NCBI GenBank assembly: GCA_051294375.1
Contig: CM119270.1
Location: 13,465,904-13,529,903, forward strand
DNA length: 64,000 nt
Source: Paraspadella gotoi
Lineage: Eukaryota; Animalia; Chaetognatha
Direction of reading: 5' to 3'
The position numbers and the translations under genes were made by a program. Below, one piece after another: positions 1 to 13,092 of the stretch (the first letter of the stretch is position 1; each line of letters starts with the position of its first letter). The notes under the pieces were generated by a model. It did not search any database. It saw only the letters and a list, made by a program, of their open reading frames with translations, and had not been told where the DNA came from.

Positions 1-414
1 ATGTATCACATTGTATTACGTATCGAGTGATAGATTGACACTTTTACGCAAAAGCAATATTAACATAAACATCTGTACGTACAATGTACGTCGTACATAG
101 TACTTTAGTTTACAAAACATCGTTCACAGAGAGAATCCATAACGCTCACTTGAGTGACTTTTCGGGGTGCTGCAATATCACAGAATGATTGTTATTCTTG
201 TCGTTGTTGACGATTGGAAGCGAGACTTTGGAATTTCTCTCTTTCTCTGATTCTCGTCTCTGGTGTCTTTTGTTTTTAGCGGTGGACGCGGACAAAGATG
301 GCGTCTGTGAAGAGTAGGTGGACCAAGAGAAGTTCACTTCATTTGAGATTTTAAATTAGGGAAATTGGCTTCGACAGTCGTTACTTACTTTCTTTTTTTC
401 TCGCTCTCTTTTTT

Positions 415-745
415 TTCACTACGTATATCGGCCGCGAGTACTCAGTCGGTCTGTCGGTATGGCTGTCCGTCGGTCAGTCTTACTTACGTTAAAAATGCAT
501 ATAATTTGCCGATAGTTGATTGTTCATTTGTTAAGACAGAAAAAACCTCAAATCTAAGGGACTTCTAGCGTCGGCTTCAGGAATTTTTACAACTATAAGG
601 AATAAAAGACCAATTTTGATGCAGTGCATGTCATAAATACACGGGCAAAGAAAGTTTGTTAGTCATGTCGTGTCATGTGTGATCATAGGGAAATACACAT
701 GAATATAAAGTACCTGCGGCCCAACGCATTAGAATTACCGTTCTT
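415..745 (+). mobile_element. Non-autonomous Helitron/Helentron (HINE/DINE-like) repeat, family A
   Basis: GTCG/GTCY microsatellite followed by cttacgttaaaaatgcatataatttgcc...aattaccgttctt. A clear second copy lies at ~27703-28045 and a mirror copy at ~6085-6410. Class inferred from architecture. Confidence 0.6.
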
Positions 746-2200
746 AATTATTTTTTTTCCTTCGTATCTTTTTCCTTTTTATCTCTTTCTTTCTTACTCT
801 CTTTGATTCTTTCTTACTTTCTTTGATTTCGTATTGGCCTTCAGTGTTTTCGAATCTTCTCCGTCGACGTCGTCTTCATCATGGCCGTCGTCGTCGCCAT
901 CGTCGTCGCCATCGTCGTCGCCATCCTCTCTCCTTTCAACGGCGAGATGGTAAAAATGACGCAAAGGCTCGCGCGGCGTCTCCAAGGAAACGCTCTCTGC
1001 GTCCACGGGATCCTCTATGGAAACAGGAAGTCTTTTAGCGCCACAATAGGTTTTCAAAGGATCGGCGGAAGCGGCGGGGGTGTCGGCGAAGGTGGCGGCG
1101 GAATTGGCAAGAGTGGCGTCGGCGGTGGAGGCTGAAGGAGCCGATCGTCCGCTGCCGATAGATTTTCTCCTCGATTTAGAGATCTTGGAGAAAGAGTGTC
1201 GATGGTAAGTAAAGATGTAATTTAACCCAGATCGTCCCCTTTTGGACTTACCTTCACGGGAAGAATGGTAGATTCTCTCTTTCCTGTTTTGAACCTTCGT
1301 CGCCCAGTCGTCGACGTTGTTGTCGTCGTTGTCGTTGTCAGGTTTCCTTTCAAACCAGCGACCGCTTGCTGCGAAAAAAAAAGTATTTTAGTTGGATGTA
1401 TAATAAATTCCAATGCTCGTGTAAACGAATGGCAAAGCGAATGATCGAGCAGAAGATATGGTGAGGACGAGAGAGCGAAGAAAGAAAGCTGGCTAGGTTG
1501 ATGCAGTATAGATGCCCAGTTTAAAAAATGTTCGCATGCCGATAAACACAAATGCAGCTGCTTACCTTTTTGCTCGTGGGTAAGGGGTACAAAAATATAG
1601 TACCCGCTAGGGAGAGCTAGATTGCGAATTTTTTGAAAAAATAAAAATATGGATCGTAAATAAGGATTATTGGTTGTTCGTTTTTTCATTAGACGAGCGG
1701 TGACCGCCTGAGGGGTAATTTAGACGAGCAGTCAAGTTAAGAGGGTTTATCTGAGGGGTTAAGACCGGGTAGGTGGGTTGCCTGGGAGGATGCGGTCGAG
1801 GAACGCAGCTGGAAAAGAAGGCAAGGCTTCCGAGCAATTAAAGAGTAATGAAAGAAACTCGGGGGGGGGGGAGCGTGGGGAGAATGCAGATGGAAACGAA
1901 TCAAGTCTCTTTCTGATTATATCAATTACTCGATTGGAATAAACCACTTCAGTAATGAGTCAATTATGACAATTGCAATCTGAATGTGATTCCTCTCACT
2001 GGTTTCTTTCTCATCTGGCACGTACAGATCGACAATTTTCTTGATTGAATTTCGTTTGGAGGACAATATATAAGAAATATTTATGAAATAAGATGGTTAG
2101 AAATCGCAATGGCTATTGGACTAGTTCCGTCAAATATATAACTTTTAACTTTCCTCTATTTGACTTTAGTAAAATTTAGCAGAAGAAATATGGCCATTAA

Positions 2201-2810
2201 GGCGTAGTAAAATTTTTAAATTTAACTTTAATTAAAATTCTAAAAGTGAGGAACGAACAACATTATACTATTACTAATGAACATTTATGTAATAAAAAAA
2301 TTTCTAATTTACAATTTATGCAGTAGGCCATATTTATACTAGTACTAAACCAATAAATGTTAAAATTTCAAAACAGTTTTTTCTAAGATTTTTTTACAGA
2401 TTTGGATTCGTCATAAAAAGTTGATAAAAAGAAATATAACTCTTTTTGAAAAATTCCTTCATTAAGTGGGTCAAAAATGAGAAAAAGTTATATTTTAAGC
2501 TGAAAATTAACTTTTTATATATTAAATATAGTTTTTTAAATTTTTAACCCACTTAATGAAAGAATTTTTAAAAATGATTTATATTTTCTTTTATCAACTT
2601 TTGACGATGAATTCAAATCTGCAATCAAAATTTAAAATAAAAGCCTATTTTAAAATTTTTTGATTTTATAAGGATAGTACTATATATAAATATAGCCTAT
2701 AGCAAAAATTAAAAAAAATAAAATTAATTTTTTTTACAAATTAATGTTCACTGATGGTATGTTGCTCATAATTGACTTTTAGAATTTTCGTATGTAACTT
2801 TCACTACGCC
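2201..2810. mobile_element. Kolobok-type non-autonomous DNA transposon (TTAA TSD, GG...CC ends, internally palindromic)
   Basis: TTAA|GGCGTAGT at 2197-2208 and ACTACGCC|TTAA at 2803-2814. Long internal inverted similarity (ttcattaagtgggtcaaaaa vs tttttaacccacttaatgaa). Second copy at 58725-59373. Confidence 0.75.
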
Positions 2811-5459
2811 TTAATAGCCATAGGTCTACATAACAAATATGATTTTATATAAACAAAGACATTAAGAAAAGTTTTATCAAACCATTTCGTGCGACCCTAC
2901 GATTTTTTAGCAATAACAATCACATTTTTACAAAGATTACTAAATTTGATTTTTATTTTTATTTTTTTATTCTATTTTTAATAAAAATTAAAAATAACAC
3001 TGCGCCTTAAAAAATACGTAGACGTAGACTTCCGACCCTCAGTAACGCCTCCAGTCACTGGCGAGAAAGTAACGTAAAACACTCGTTAATTTAATCTTGA
3101 TGTAAATATGCGATTCGCGCCATTTCAAATCAAAGTTAGATATAAGATGGGGATATAGTGTGGCGCGTATATTCAGAACGGCCTGCTCGTTCGCATCATC
3201 CTATTCAAGGCCAAATCTCATTGGCTCAGGAGGGGGACAACCCTCTGTGATGATGAGACAGGTCTGAATAGAGAGCCGGCAGCGCGCGATGAATGCAAGT
3301 TCACAAGTTCGAAGCAGATCTAACGACTACTTCCCTCTGGCGTATGGCAAAGCAGAGGAGCCCTCCTTGAGGCTACGCGCCAAGTGGACTGGAGGGTGCC
3401 ATGTAAGCTGAGGGTCGGACGAAGCTTTCTAGGACGGGTTCTAACGTATTTTTTTAAAGGCTGGCAAGTGTAATTAATCTCTTATTAATTTTGTTATTAA
3501 AAGTGGAAAATAAGACAGTAATAAAATTAAGATAAATTGTAGGTATCAGTTGGTGTATAAAGTGTGTAGATTGTTTATAATGAGGCTGGAAAAAGGTCGA
3601 TAGGGGTCAGGTCGTAAGCGGAAATGGTCATTTGATAGAAACTGCTTTCTGGTATAGTGTATGTTGGTGTGTTACTATGAAAGATGCATGATTTGTTTAT
3701 GTAGACTAATGGCTATTAGAGGCGTAGGTGAAAGTTACATTACCGAAAATTCTAAAGTCAATTAATGGAGGAGGACGACATAAGACCATCAGTGTTGACA
3801 TTAATTTGTAAAAAAATTAAATTGTTATTTTTTTTAATTAATGGTTGACATAATAGGGACTATAAGTTTATACAAATATAGTATAATCCTTATAAAATCG
3901 AAAAATATTTAAAAATATAGACTACGTCTATGTGTTGTTAGAAGTTTTGATTGCACGATTTGAATTGCAGGTCGTCAAAAGTTTTGATAAGAAACAGAAA
4001 ATATAGGAATCATGCGTTTTAAAAGGAGATTCGTTTCATGTAAGTGGGTTGAAAGATTTTAGATTTAAAATGGTAAATATGGTATATATAAAAAGGTTCT
4101 AATTTTCAGTTATAAAATTAATAACTTTCTTCTATTTTTGACCACATACTTCAAGAATAGATTAAGGAATTTTTTCGGAAACAATGGGATTACATATATG
4201 TCTTTGAATAATCCGAAGAACTTAAGGTCTGTTATGGGAAATGTCCAAGTATGACTGTAAACCAATGAGTAATCTCTTTGAAGAAGGAAAGACTGATATA
4301 TGATGAAAGTGCGTTGTATTTAACATTTTTATTGTATTAGTATGAGCTAATAGTGAGTAAGTGTGTTAGGCCTAGGGACGTGGCAGGGTGAAGTTGTATA
4401 ACTGATCATAAGAAACTTTTTGATATTAATTAGAACGTATAGTTGCTATGATGGGACGAGAATTAGATTCGTATGCGAAAGTAGATCCAGTATTACGGGT
4501 ATGGAGATAGTTGAGACAGGAGGTGAGGAAGTGAGGCGTTTGAGAATAGAGACTGTGTTGTAACGTAATGGCTCGGTTCCTGCACTTTTAGAATTTTAAT
4601 TAAAGTTAATTTAAAAATTTTACTACGCCTTAATGCCCATATTTCTTCTGCTAAATTTTACTAAAGTCAAATAGAGGAAAGTTAAAAGTTATATATTTGA
4701 CGGAACTAGTCCAATAGCCATTGCGATTTCTAACCATCTTATTTCATAAATATTTCTTATATATTGTCCTCCAAACGAAATTCAATCAAGAAAATTGTCG
4801 ATCTGTACGTGCCGAGTTGAGAAAGAAACCGGTGAGAGGAATCAATTCAGAGATTGCAATTGTCATAATTACGACTCATTACTGAAGTGGTTTATTCCAA
4901 TCGAGTAATTGTATATAATCAGAAAGAGACTTGATTCGTTTCCATCTGCATTCTCCCCACGCTCCCCCCCCCGCGATTTCTTTCATTACTCTTTAATTGC
5001 TCGGAAGCCTTGCCTTCTTTTCCAGCTGCGTTCCTCGACCGCATCCTCCAGGCAACCCACTACCCGGTCTTAAACCCTCAGATAAACCCTCTTAACTTGA
5101 CTGCTCGTCTAAATTACCCCTCAGGCGGTCACCGCTCGTCTAATGAAAAAACGAACAACCAATAATCCTTATTTACGATCCATATTTTTATTTTTTCAAA
5201 AAATTCGCAATCTAGCTCTCCCTAGCGGGTACTATATTTTTGTACCCTTACCCACGAGCAAAAAGGTAAGCAGCTGCATTTGTGTTTATCGGCATGCGAC
5301 ATTTTTTAAACTGGGCATCTATACTGCATCAACCTAGCCAGCTTTCTTTCTTCGCTCTCTCGTCCTCACCATATCTTCTGCTCGATCATTCGCTTTGCCA
5401 TTCGTTACACGAGCATTGGAATTTATTATACATCCAACTAAAATACTTTTTTTTCGCAG

Positions 5460-6010
5460 CAAGCGGTCGCTGGTTGAAAGGAAACCTGACAACGACAACG
5501 ACGACAACAACGTCGACGACTGGGCGACGAAGGTTCAAAACAGGAAAGAGAGAATCTACCATTCTTCCCGTGAAGGTAAGTCCAAAGGGGACGATCTGGG
5601 TTAAAATTACATCTTTACTTACCATCGACACTCTTTCTCCAAGATCTCTAATCGAGGAGAAAATCTATCGGCAGCGGACGATCGGCTCCTTCAGCCTCCA
5701 CCGCCGACGCCACTCTTGCCAATTCCGCCGCCACCTTCGCCGACACCCCGCCGCTTCCGCCGATCCTTTGAAAACCTATTGTGGCGCTAAAGACTTCCTG
5801 TTTCCATAGAGGATCCCGTGGACGCAGAGAGCGTTTCCTTGAGACCGCCGCGCGAGCCTTTGCGTCATTTTTACCATCTCGCCGTTGAAAGGAGAGAGGA
5901 TGGCGACGACGATGGCGACGACGATGGCGACGACGACGACGCGCATGATGAAGACGACGTCGACGGAGAAGATTCGAAAACACTGAAGGCCAATACGAAA
6001 TCAAAGAAAG
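5460..6010 (+). CDS. Possible exons of an unidentified low-complexity acidic protein (mirrored at ~820-1370 minus)
   Basis: GC-rich blocks with plausible splice signals (ttttcgcag ~5459, gaag|gtaag ~5575, tttccatag ~5809, aaa|gtaag ~6010) encoding EDPVDAESVSLETPREPLRHFYHLAVERREDGDDD...; no family recognised. Confidence 0.3.
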
Positions 6011-9000
6011 TAAGAAAGAATCAAAGAGAGTAAGAAAGAAAGAGATAAAAAGGAAAAAGATACGAAGGAAAAAAAATAATTAAGAACGGTAATTCTAATG
6101 CGTTGGGCCGCAGGTATTTATATTCATGTGTATTTCCCTATGATCACACATGACACGACATGACTAACAAACTTTCTTTGCCCGTGTATTTATGACATGC
6201 ACTGCATCAAAATTGGTCTTTTATTCCTTATAGTTGTAAAAATTCCTGAAGCCGACGCTAGAAGTCCCTTAGATTTGAGGTTTTTTCTGTCTTAACAAAT
6301 GAACAATCAACTATCGGCAAATTATATGCATTTTTAACGTAAGTAAGACTGACCGACGGACAGCCATACCGACAGACGATGAGTACGCCGCGCCGATATA
6401 CGTAGTGAAAAAAAAGAGAGCGAGAAAAAAAGAAGAGTAAGTAACGACTGTCGAAGCCAATTTCCCTAATTTAAAATCTCAAATGAAGTGAACTTCTCTT
6501 GGTCCACTACTCTTCACAGACGCCATCTTTGTCGCGCGTCACCGTAAAAAACAAAAGACACCAGAGACGAGAATCAAGAAAGAGAGAAATTCCAAAGTCT
6601 CCGCTTCAATCGTCAACAAACGACAAGAATAACAATCATTCTGTGATATTGCAGCACCCGAAAGGTCACTCAAGTGAGCGTTATGGATTCTCTCTGTGAA
6701 CGATGTTTTTGTAACTAAAGTACTATGTACGACGTACATTGTACGTACAGATGTTTATTGTTAATATTGCTTTTGCGTAAAGGTGTCAATCTTCACTCGA
6801 TACGTAATACAATGTGATACATTAAATGTATTTTACTTTTATCTCTCGATCCTGCCCCTCGTCGTTGGGCGTCAAAGCTCCACTTGCTACTCTATCTACA
6901 GCTCCTCTACCCTCTCCTACTCCTATTGCTTCTCCGCCTTCACGTCAAAAATCGAACGACCGAAATTCTCAAGGGGAAACTCTTCCGTCAAACTCTGCGC
7001 CACGGAACTCGCGCAACTCAGACGCCCGCCTGCGTCACTAACTCGCCTCACTTCTCACAACAATTCCAATCTTTCATCTCACGCACTTCTCCAGCCTCTT
7101 CTCACGTCATCACTAGCGCCACTTCACAAACGACGAAACAATCCGATATTTCCTCAAAAACCGCGCGAATTCTCCACTCTTCATTTCCGGTCAAATCTTC
7201 GGCCACGCCCACCTTGCGCGGGAAAAACTCTTCAACGAGATCGGTTCTTCGCCCCTCGTTCTCAAGGCGCCATTCTCTAAGACTCTGGCGCCCTCTGCGA
7301 ATACGAAACGCGGTGCCTTTCGTGGAAGCGCCCTCGTCTCAGAGTAGCGCCGTCGGTGACGATTCCTCTTCGCCTCTCAAGCAGAGAAATAGCGAATCGA
7401 GAAAAATCGATTGCTTAGCCTTAGGTGAGTTTTTTTAATCATCAAGCATGACTAATACTAAAATGGAATTTGTCTCATGTAAGTTTATTAATTTTAATAT
7501 GTTAATAATATTTACTGAAATGTTACTACTCAATATTTCAGATAATCTATTATTATTATCATTATTCAGATATGAAGAATAAAACCCCGTTACAGAGAAT
7601 AATCTTCCGATGCCAAAAGAAAATATTCTTGAATCAACACAAGTACACAAAGAATGAAATTAGGTAAGAAATAACTTCTATAAGAAAAAAAAAATCCCTG
7701 TTGAAATTAAAACTGTTCTCTGCTCCTTTTTTTTTTAATCAAAACAAAAGGGCCCCCCTTCTTTCTACTTCGCACCATCTCCGCGAGGTGGAAGTTGCGG
7801 CGGCCCAAGGCGGAAGCGGCCAACCGAAAAAAAGGGAAACGGGAGGACGGCGTCGCGGATGTCGGGAATCGATTCGGGGAAATTTCGATGAATTAAGATC
7901 GCGAAGCAACAAGGCCGAGGACGCCATTAGGGTAAGGCAATCTGCTGATCGGTAGATGGGAAGGTACGTAGTCTTTACTGACTGAAGGTTAATAATAATT
8001 TGAGCAATTGAATTATTTTAAAATGCTGAAAATCCAAAAAATTATCAAACTTTTAATATTTAATTTAATTTTAATTAGTTTCCCCTTTTATTATCCAGAA
8101 CGGAAAAATTTTCACGATTCAAGGTGGATACCCGTGGTTCGAGCTCCCTCCGTCGCAGGGGGTGGGTCGAGAAGTTTTATAGCCAAAGACAATAAAAAGG
8201 TCAGGCAATAAACTGCCATCCCCGGCTTCTTATAAAAAGCAAATAAAAGAAATTAAAGCGAGTAAAATTTATTTATTTCAACTCTTTTTTTTTTTTCTTA
8301 TTCAGAAATCGAGACAATTTCGTCGTCGCGTCGATTCGGAAAACTGAATTCGTCAACTCGAAACAACAACACGACGACGACGCACGACAACTGAAACGGG
8401 AAACGGAGACGCGACGTCGAGCAGCGACGATGATGACGACGATGACGGTCGGCCAGAATAGTGATCATTCATCGAAATAAATAATATTTATTATTTAATA
8501 TTTATCGAACGAATTTCAGACGACGACGACGCCTCGACGATTCGCCGACGCGCGTCGCTCCTCAGGACGAACAAGCGGGAATTTACGGAATCATGGTGGG
8601 AATTGATTGATTGATTGTTTTGTTATATTTATTTATTTATTCTATTATTTATTCAATCAACACCCCTTCAGTCTCGCATGGTGCGAAACATGAGCGCCAC
8701 CTTGCGTTTGGTAGCTGCGACCGAGATTGGGTCGAATTTTTTCGTCACAGTCAGTCGTGAGACGATCGTGAATCACTCATGGAACTCACTAGGCCAGCTC
8801 ACCGCCCCATTCATTCACTGACGAAGGTGAGATCGCGTCTTGGAGGGAGGTGAACTGTGAAAACCTGAGCAGTTTGGCTGTTGTGGTCAGATCCTGTCTT
8901 TAAATTCTTTTCGCATAAATTTTGTTTTGGAGGCTACTTTAAATTAAAAAAGGAGATTATAAAATATAAAATGAGTTTTGAAGTGAAGCTTGTTAAAAAA

Positions 9001-9261
9001 AAGAGGCAGGAATCAGCAGGACGCAGACAAGCATATAAATCCGAGGTCCGTGCTTTGGTGTTGTTGTCCATTGAACTCTTTTATNNNNNNNNNNNNNNNN
9101 NNNNNNNNNATAAGAGGGTTTTAGTTATTTATTCTTTCGTCCCAGATTATTTGATAAAACCATATCAGCAGATAAAGATAAAACCAAATTGGACAGTTAT
9201 AAAAAGGGTTTACAAGATTTTAATTTTTAATCATTTCATCTTACTTAGAGACTTAGCTATC

Positions 9262-11828
9262 ATGGCCTTGGATCTTTTATCAAATCTATTGCCAATGGCG
9301 CTGGACATATTTGATGTTGCGAGCGATATTAATGTGACATGGAACTTGATTTTTTCACATAACTTTTTTTTGAATATTATTGGAAGGATTCAAATAGCTG
9401 TTTTGTTTATTGCCAATATTTTATCAATTTTTAATGGCTTAACTTTTATATCAAAAAACAAAAGGTAATAATCAAACTGTTTAAACTTTAATTAATTACT
9501 AACAACTGATTATTTGTCCTTTTTTACAGCTTTACATTTATGATGCTTAAAATTGCAAGAATAGAAAAAATGATAAATTGATAAGCCTCGAAATTTCAAG
9601 AGTACCTAATTTCGTCATAGATAAAAGCAAACCAGTTAAATACTTATTAAGCAATAAAGATCGTTCCGATCAGGCTAGAATCCTTGACCATTGGGTTAGC
9701 TCGGTGCGCGGTGACGGCACTGATAGAAGAAACAGTCGTATCCAATGGGTAGTGATATTACGTCTCTAGAGATTATCCAAATTTAGGGATTATCCTCACT
9801 TGACAAAATGTCGACTTGGGCATCAATTACAATCATCTTATCATTTTTGGACTCGGTTCTATTCCCATCAGAACAGACATCTTATTGGATAAGAGAAACG
9901 ATAATCAAGGTACAAAGTACAAAATTGTAATCAACGTGTGCCAAATGTATTTTTGTCGTAGGTTTACAAGGAAAGTTATAGAAATACAATGATGCTTATC
10001 AGGGGCGGCGAGAGAATGGCGGAACCCTCCACTGCCCCACGCCCCCCCCCGCTCTCCATAATTTTAGTTTTTAGTTTTCGATCACCGACTTTCTGCCTTG
10101 AAAATTTCTCCAGTGCTCAAACTTCTCTTAATTATTCCCTTCTTTTTTTTTTATTCTTCTTTCTTCTTTTTTTCTCTCTTCTCAGGGGCCCTCCCGAGAC
10201 CCCCTGATGCCCGGGCCCCTCGACGAGGGGAGGGTGGGCCCCCCTCTCGCCGACCCTGATGCTTATTGCTTAAAGAGCTTACTATTTCAGTTCATTGCCG
10301 ATTCTTTATAATAAGTAGTGTTTGCTTATAACAGACGCGATACTATCAATCACTTTGTCGATCTATTGGTGCGCCAAAACATATCGTCAGTACTAAATAA
10401 CTTAGATCATCTCAAACAATAAAACTTTAAAACACTATGCAAAAAAAAATAGTAATGTACATAGAATTCATCTTGACTTTACAGGGAATCAGCTGATGAA
10501 TTAAATCATCCAACTACATAAGTTTGAAAAAAAATCATTTTCATAAATGAATAAATATTCATTTATTGGTATTTTCGTATTTGATATTTGGTATTCATAT
10601 ATTGGTAAAATATTGTTTATGTTCACTATATTTTTATACGCCGCGCTATTTCAAAAAACATTTTTTCGACAAATATAATGATCGGAATCTACAAAAACTA
10701 ATATTATTAATTAGTAGAGATAGCAGCTTTAGTAGTAGTTATTCCAATATTCCTTTAGAATTTGTTGTCAGGTGAGTAGGGTTCTCAGTGAGTGATTTAC
10801 TACTATACCCATTTAAATTTTGGATTAATTTTAAAGTTGTTATTAGAAATGAACTTAATTATATAAAGGAACAGTTGGATTCATTTTTAGGCGACATCGT
10901 AAAATTAAAGAAACCGTTGATCAGCAATTTGTTCAGCATTCATGTCCTCTTTGAATCCTTTCCTCAACTTCTGCTGCAAACGATGGCATTGGTAGTGGAC
11001 TGGACATTCAGTAAGGTGTGTTGGAAGTTATGCTGCAATGTTCATTAACTTGAAAGATACACTATCAAGTAGACACATTTATACATATATCAATTAATAT
11101 ATAGGTAAAATAAAAAAAATCAAATTTGAAATTCACGTTTAAAAATATTGGAAAAAAAGAAAATGCTTATTTTGAGACAATTGTAAATGTGTAAGTGTAA
11201 GTGTAAGTGCAGTTTAACAACGGGGAGAAAGGTATGATGCCCGTGGTGTGAAGCATCTCTCGACAGCTAGCGCTCCTTGGGACGACCAAACCTTTTAATT
11301 TATTTTCATTTCAAGGTATGCCTTCCTAACTTTCTGAGGAATGTAAATGACAAGAATGGAACAGTTTTTTTAATGAAAGACGACGAGCTTCACCTTACAA
11401 ATAAGAATTGTGTTTGCGGTTGGTCGCATAGAAGTTTTAGGAGGATAAGAAGCGTATCGTGTCAGTGGCCGATTGAAGATTATCCTACCTTGGTCTCAAT
11501 TGCACTTTCATCTGTCAGTATTGCTACATTAACAAAAGAGCGACGGGATCAATTCCAATCACATACAAAGACAAATTTTTCTTGGTTATCATCATTCAGC
11601 AATTATTTAATAAAAATTGATGTTATATTAGGAATAAGTACGTGTTTGTATATAACACTGAGAAGTAGCATAAATTTTTGCATTTGGTTTGTTTTTTTTC
11701 TTCCATTTTCGATATTTCGAGCTTGGACATTTTTAGAAATGAAATCTGTACTTGTTGATATTTGGCATGTAAATCACCCTGCTTCGGCTGTCGATTACCA
11801 TCGTCATCAGGGAGTTATATTTTTTTAA
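9262..11828 (+). CDS. XK-related (XKR scramblase-like) multi-pass membrane protein, spliced and divergent, possibly disrupted
   Basis: N-terminal XK-like motif LDIFDVASDINVTW, signature HVLFESFPQLLLQ (~10940-10980), and downstream YPTLVSIALSSVSIATL plus further hydrophobic segments. Donors at ~9465 (aaag|gtaata) and ~10772 (cag|gtgag). Middle exons contain stops or frameshifts. Confidence 0.7.
10000..10258. mobile_element. hAT-family MITE
   Basis: TIRs CAGGGGCGGCGAGAG ... CTCTCGCCGACCCTG, with an exact 8-bp TSD ATGCTTAT at 9992-9999 and 10259-10266. Confidence 0.9.
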
Positions 11829-11942
11829 TGATTCCAAACTACTTGTGATTCAGGGCTTAAGTTTATCTTTAACGATATGTCACGGGAAAGACCCAAGAAT
11901 AACTAAAAATTTAAAATGACTTTATTTCCTTTCATATTTTTA

Positions 11943-12514
11943 TTTCAGCAGATCCCGACTCTATAATTCACTTTGTCGGTCCGTCGGTCCGCCCCCTCAA
12001 CTTGTCGGGCATTCACTTATATCATGTCAGTAATCGAATTATGATAAATTATGCAAAAAGAACGATGTCCCGTCCGTCGTCCGTCCGTCCCATCCGTCCA
12101 TCCCACCTTAGCAAAAATTGACTTGAAATTTTGTATTTGGGAAGAAAAGTGTGTGATTAAACTGGAAATCAAGTTTCAATGGAATCGTTGAGTGCAAATG
12201 AGTTTAAATGGAAAAAACAAAGACCTGTTACTAATTGATTATGCTTCTTTTTCTTTTTATTTTAAATGTAAATGCAAGATGTATTAATTAATCAAATAAT
12301 TAATCAGTTAATTAATCAATTATTAATTAATTAATCAATAATTAATTAATCAGTCAATTAATCAATCAAAACAAACATTTTGGATCAAATTAATCAATTA
12401 ATTGCCTAATTAATTAAATAATTAACTGGAATTAATACAATTAATTATTACTCAATTAATTAATTACCGATAATGATCGTGGGCAGATCCGACATTGTTT
12501 GCTCAAACTTGTTT
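11943..12514 (+). mobile_element. Helentron-associated (HINE-like) element, family B, copy 1
   Basis: (GTCC)n tracts, an AATT-rich internal repeat, and 3' end gggcagatccgacattgtttgctcaaacttgttt. Inverted copy at 16726-19030. Confidence 0.7.
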
Positions 12515-13051
12515 TATATATACATCATTTTAATACTATGTAGACAGAATTTGAGACAAATGGATTCAATACAAAATGATCAGGTATTTATACAATACAA
12601 TCGGATCATCGACACGGGCTCGTTTTCTGATGGTATGAAGACTTTCTTCTCATTGGTCCATTTTGATGAATATTCGTCCAATCAGAGCGAATTTTATCCC
12701 AGTCGCGGATCCAGTTTGGTTCTAATTCCATCTACGATAATATCATACTTTTGAAGTCACATTATCATATTAAAAATTGATCACATGAACCAAAATTTAA
12801 TGCCATTATTCTTTTGTTATTTTTTCTGAGTGGGAAAGAACCTAAATTCTAAGCGACTTTTAGCGACACCTTTTGTGCAACACACATTGGATTCTCCGTT
12901 CTTGTTTTGATGTTCATCATTATCTCTCGTCATCATAACATTTTGTAATAATAGAAGGTGGTCGAGATAATTATAAACTTTATATAGTTAATTATTTATT
13001 TATTATTATTATTTATTTATTATTTATTTATTCATTTATTCACTTTACAAT

Positions 13052-13092
13052 TCTCTTCGGAGGCGTGGGTTCGAATATCACCGCTGTCACCA
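13052..13092 (+). other. 3' half of tRNA-Leu ending in CCA; on the minus strand, a primer-binding-site-like sequence beside an LTR-like remnant
   Basis: TCTCTTCGGAGGCGTGGGTTCGAATATCACCGCTGTCACCA matches the variable arm, T arm and acceptor of animal tRNA-Leu, plus CCA. The 5' half is absent. The minus strand upstream has TATAAATAG (~13225) and AATAAA (~13142). Confidence 0.65.

Larger units (their letters stand above)
1..6822. repeat. Giant inverted repeat (fold-back palindrome) centred near 3237, probable assembly artefact
   Basis: Bases 1-30 (atgtatcacattgtattacgtatcgagtga) are the reverse complement of 6793-6822. ORFs mirror each other (1222-1689 minus vs 5143-5809 plus). The right arm at ~3380-4580 is an insertion-rich copy of ~2250-3060. 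Confidence 0.93.

Noticed and set aside
6783-8870. Overlapping ORFs and GAC-rich exon-like blocks
   Set aside because: No consistent frame or motif; may be UTR or low-complexity exons but cannot be supported.
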